Shown here: positions 56,369-56,422 of the stretch, piece by piece
How the letters are laid out: each line of letters opens with the position of its first letter
Position numbering within the stretch: the stretch's first letter is position 1
Program-made: the position numbers and the translations under genes
Origin: Acidobacteriota bacterium
GTDB taxonomy: Bacteria; Acidobacteriota; UBA6911
Assembly: GCA_013388445.1 (NCBI GenBank)
Contig: JACADW010000080.1
Coordinates: forward strand, 1-56,422
Length of the DNA stretch: 56,422 nucleotides
Direction of reading: 5' to 3'
Notes under the pieces: model-generated
What the model saw: the letters and a program-made list of their open reading frames with translations, nothing else
Database searches by the model: none
What the model was told of the DNA's origin: nothing

Positions 56369-56422
56369 TTTCCCGATGATCCATTTCCTTCAGAAGGCGT
56401 TTTATTCCGGCGGTAGTGTTTC

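Noticed and set aside
56290-56422. Possible frameshift at the C6 run (near 56325) truncating the Tat-signal protein
   Set aside because: The alternative frames downstream contain early stops and gave no convincing continuation. The window ends 54 nt after the stop, so this cannot be evaluated.
1-56422. Search for tRNA/rRNA genes, CRISPR arrays, IS elements/transposases, integrases, toxin-antitoxin or known defence systems, and reverse transcriptases (DGR)
   Set aside because: None found. There are no regularly spaced direct repeats, no T-loop/cloverleaf candidates in the intergenic regions, and no ORF with transposase, integrase, RT or nuclease signatures. This was an eye-scan only; tRNAscan-SE, Infernal, ISEScan and DefenseFinder would confirm it.

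Overview
56.4 kb gene-dense chromosomal segment from a high-GC Gram-negative bacterium. A CarboxypepD_reg-type TonB receptor, a GWxTD protein and giant FG-GAP proteins hint at Acidobacteriota-like ancestry, but that is inference only. I support 36 protein-coding genes plus one probably truncated gene. Many are translationally coupled through ATGA start/stop overlaps (89-92, 4276-4279, 6927-6930, 8075-8078, 12539-12542, 29342-29345, 47264-47267, and 34051-34054 on the minus strand). I found no rRNA, tRNA, CRISPR array, transposase/integrase or recognisable defence genes. The content is catabolic, transport and regulatory, in five blocks. (1) 1-9.3 kb: a split transketolase, a NagB-like gene, and a DeoR operon of class-III aminotransferase, ceramidase-like protein, Gfo/Idh/MocA oxidoreductase and FGGY kinase. 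(2) 9.4-20.2 kb: a non-pyrrolysine MttB-family methyltransferase facing a GntR-controlled string of hydantoinase A/B, UROD-family protein, Asp/Glu-hydantoin racemase and a secreted beta-propeller glycosidase-like protein. (3) 20.2-24.9 kb: a large beta-propeller/PHP-type metallohydrolase fusion and a sodium:solute symporter. (4) 25-37 kb: a GWxTD protein, a second split transketolase with a DegT aminotransferase, and a convergent HIBADH-like / MlrC(M81) / UROD-family / symporter operon. (5) 36-56 kb: Gfo/Idh/MocA, two tandem ~1000-aa 14-repeat FG-GAP proteins and a second glycosidase-like paralog. These are followed by IclR, a DHDPS/NAL-family aldolase, an FAD oxidoreductase, a second IclR, a sulfatase, a TonB-dependent receptor and a Tat-signal protein. 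The most notable points follow. Corrinoid-methyltransferase-type components (MttB plus two UROD/MtaA-like genes) have no corrinoid protein anywhere in the window. The same unusual gene set (split transketolase, aminotransferase, UROD-like, symporter, Gfo/Idh/MocA, glycosidase-like) occurs twice. The FG-GAP/glycosidase-like operon is uncharacterised. Base composition appears to drop near 25 kb. All functional calls rest on motif recognition by eye; no database search was possible. The long antisense ORFs are typical high-GC artefacts and were rejected.
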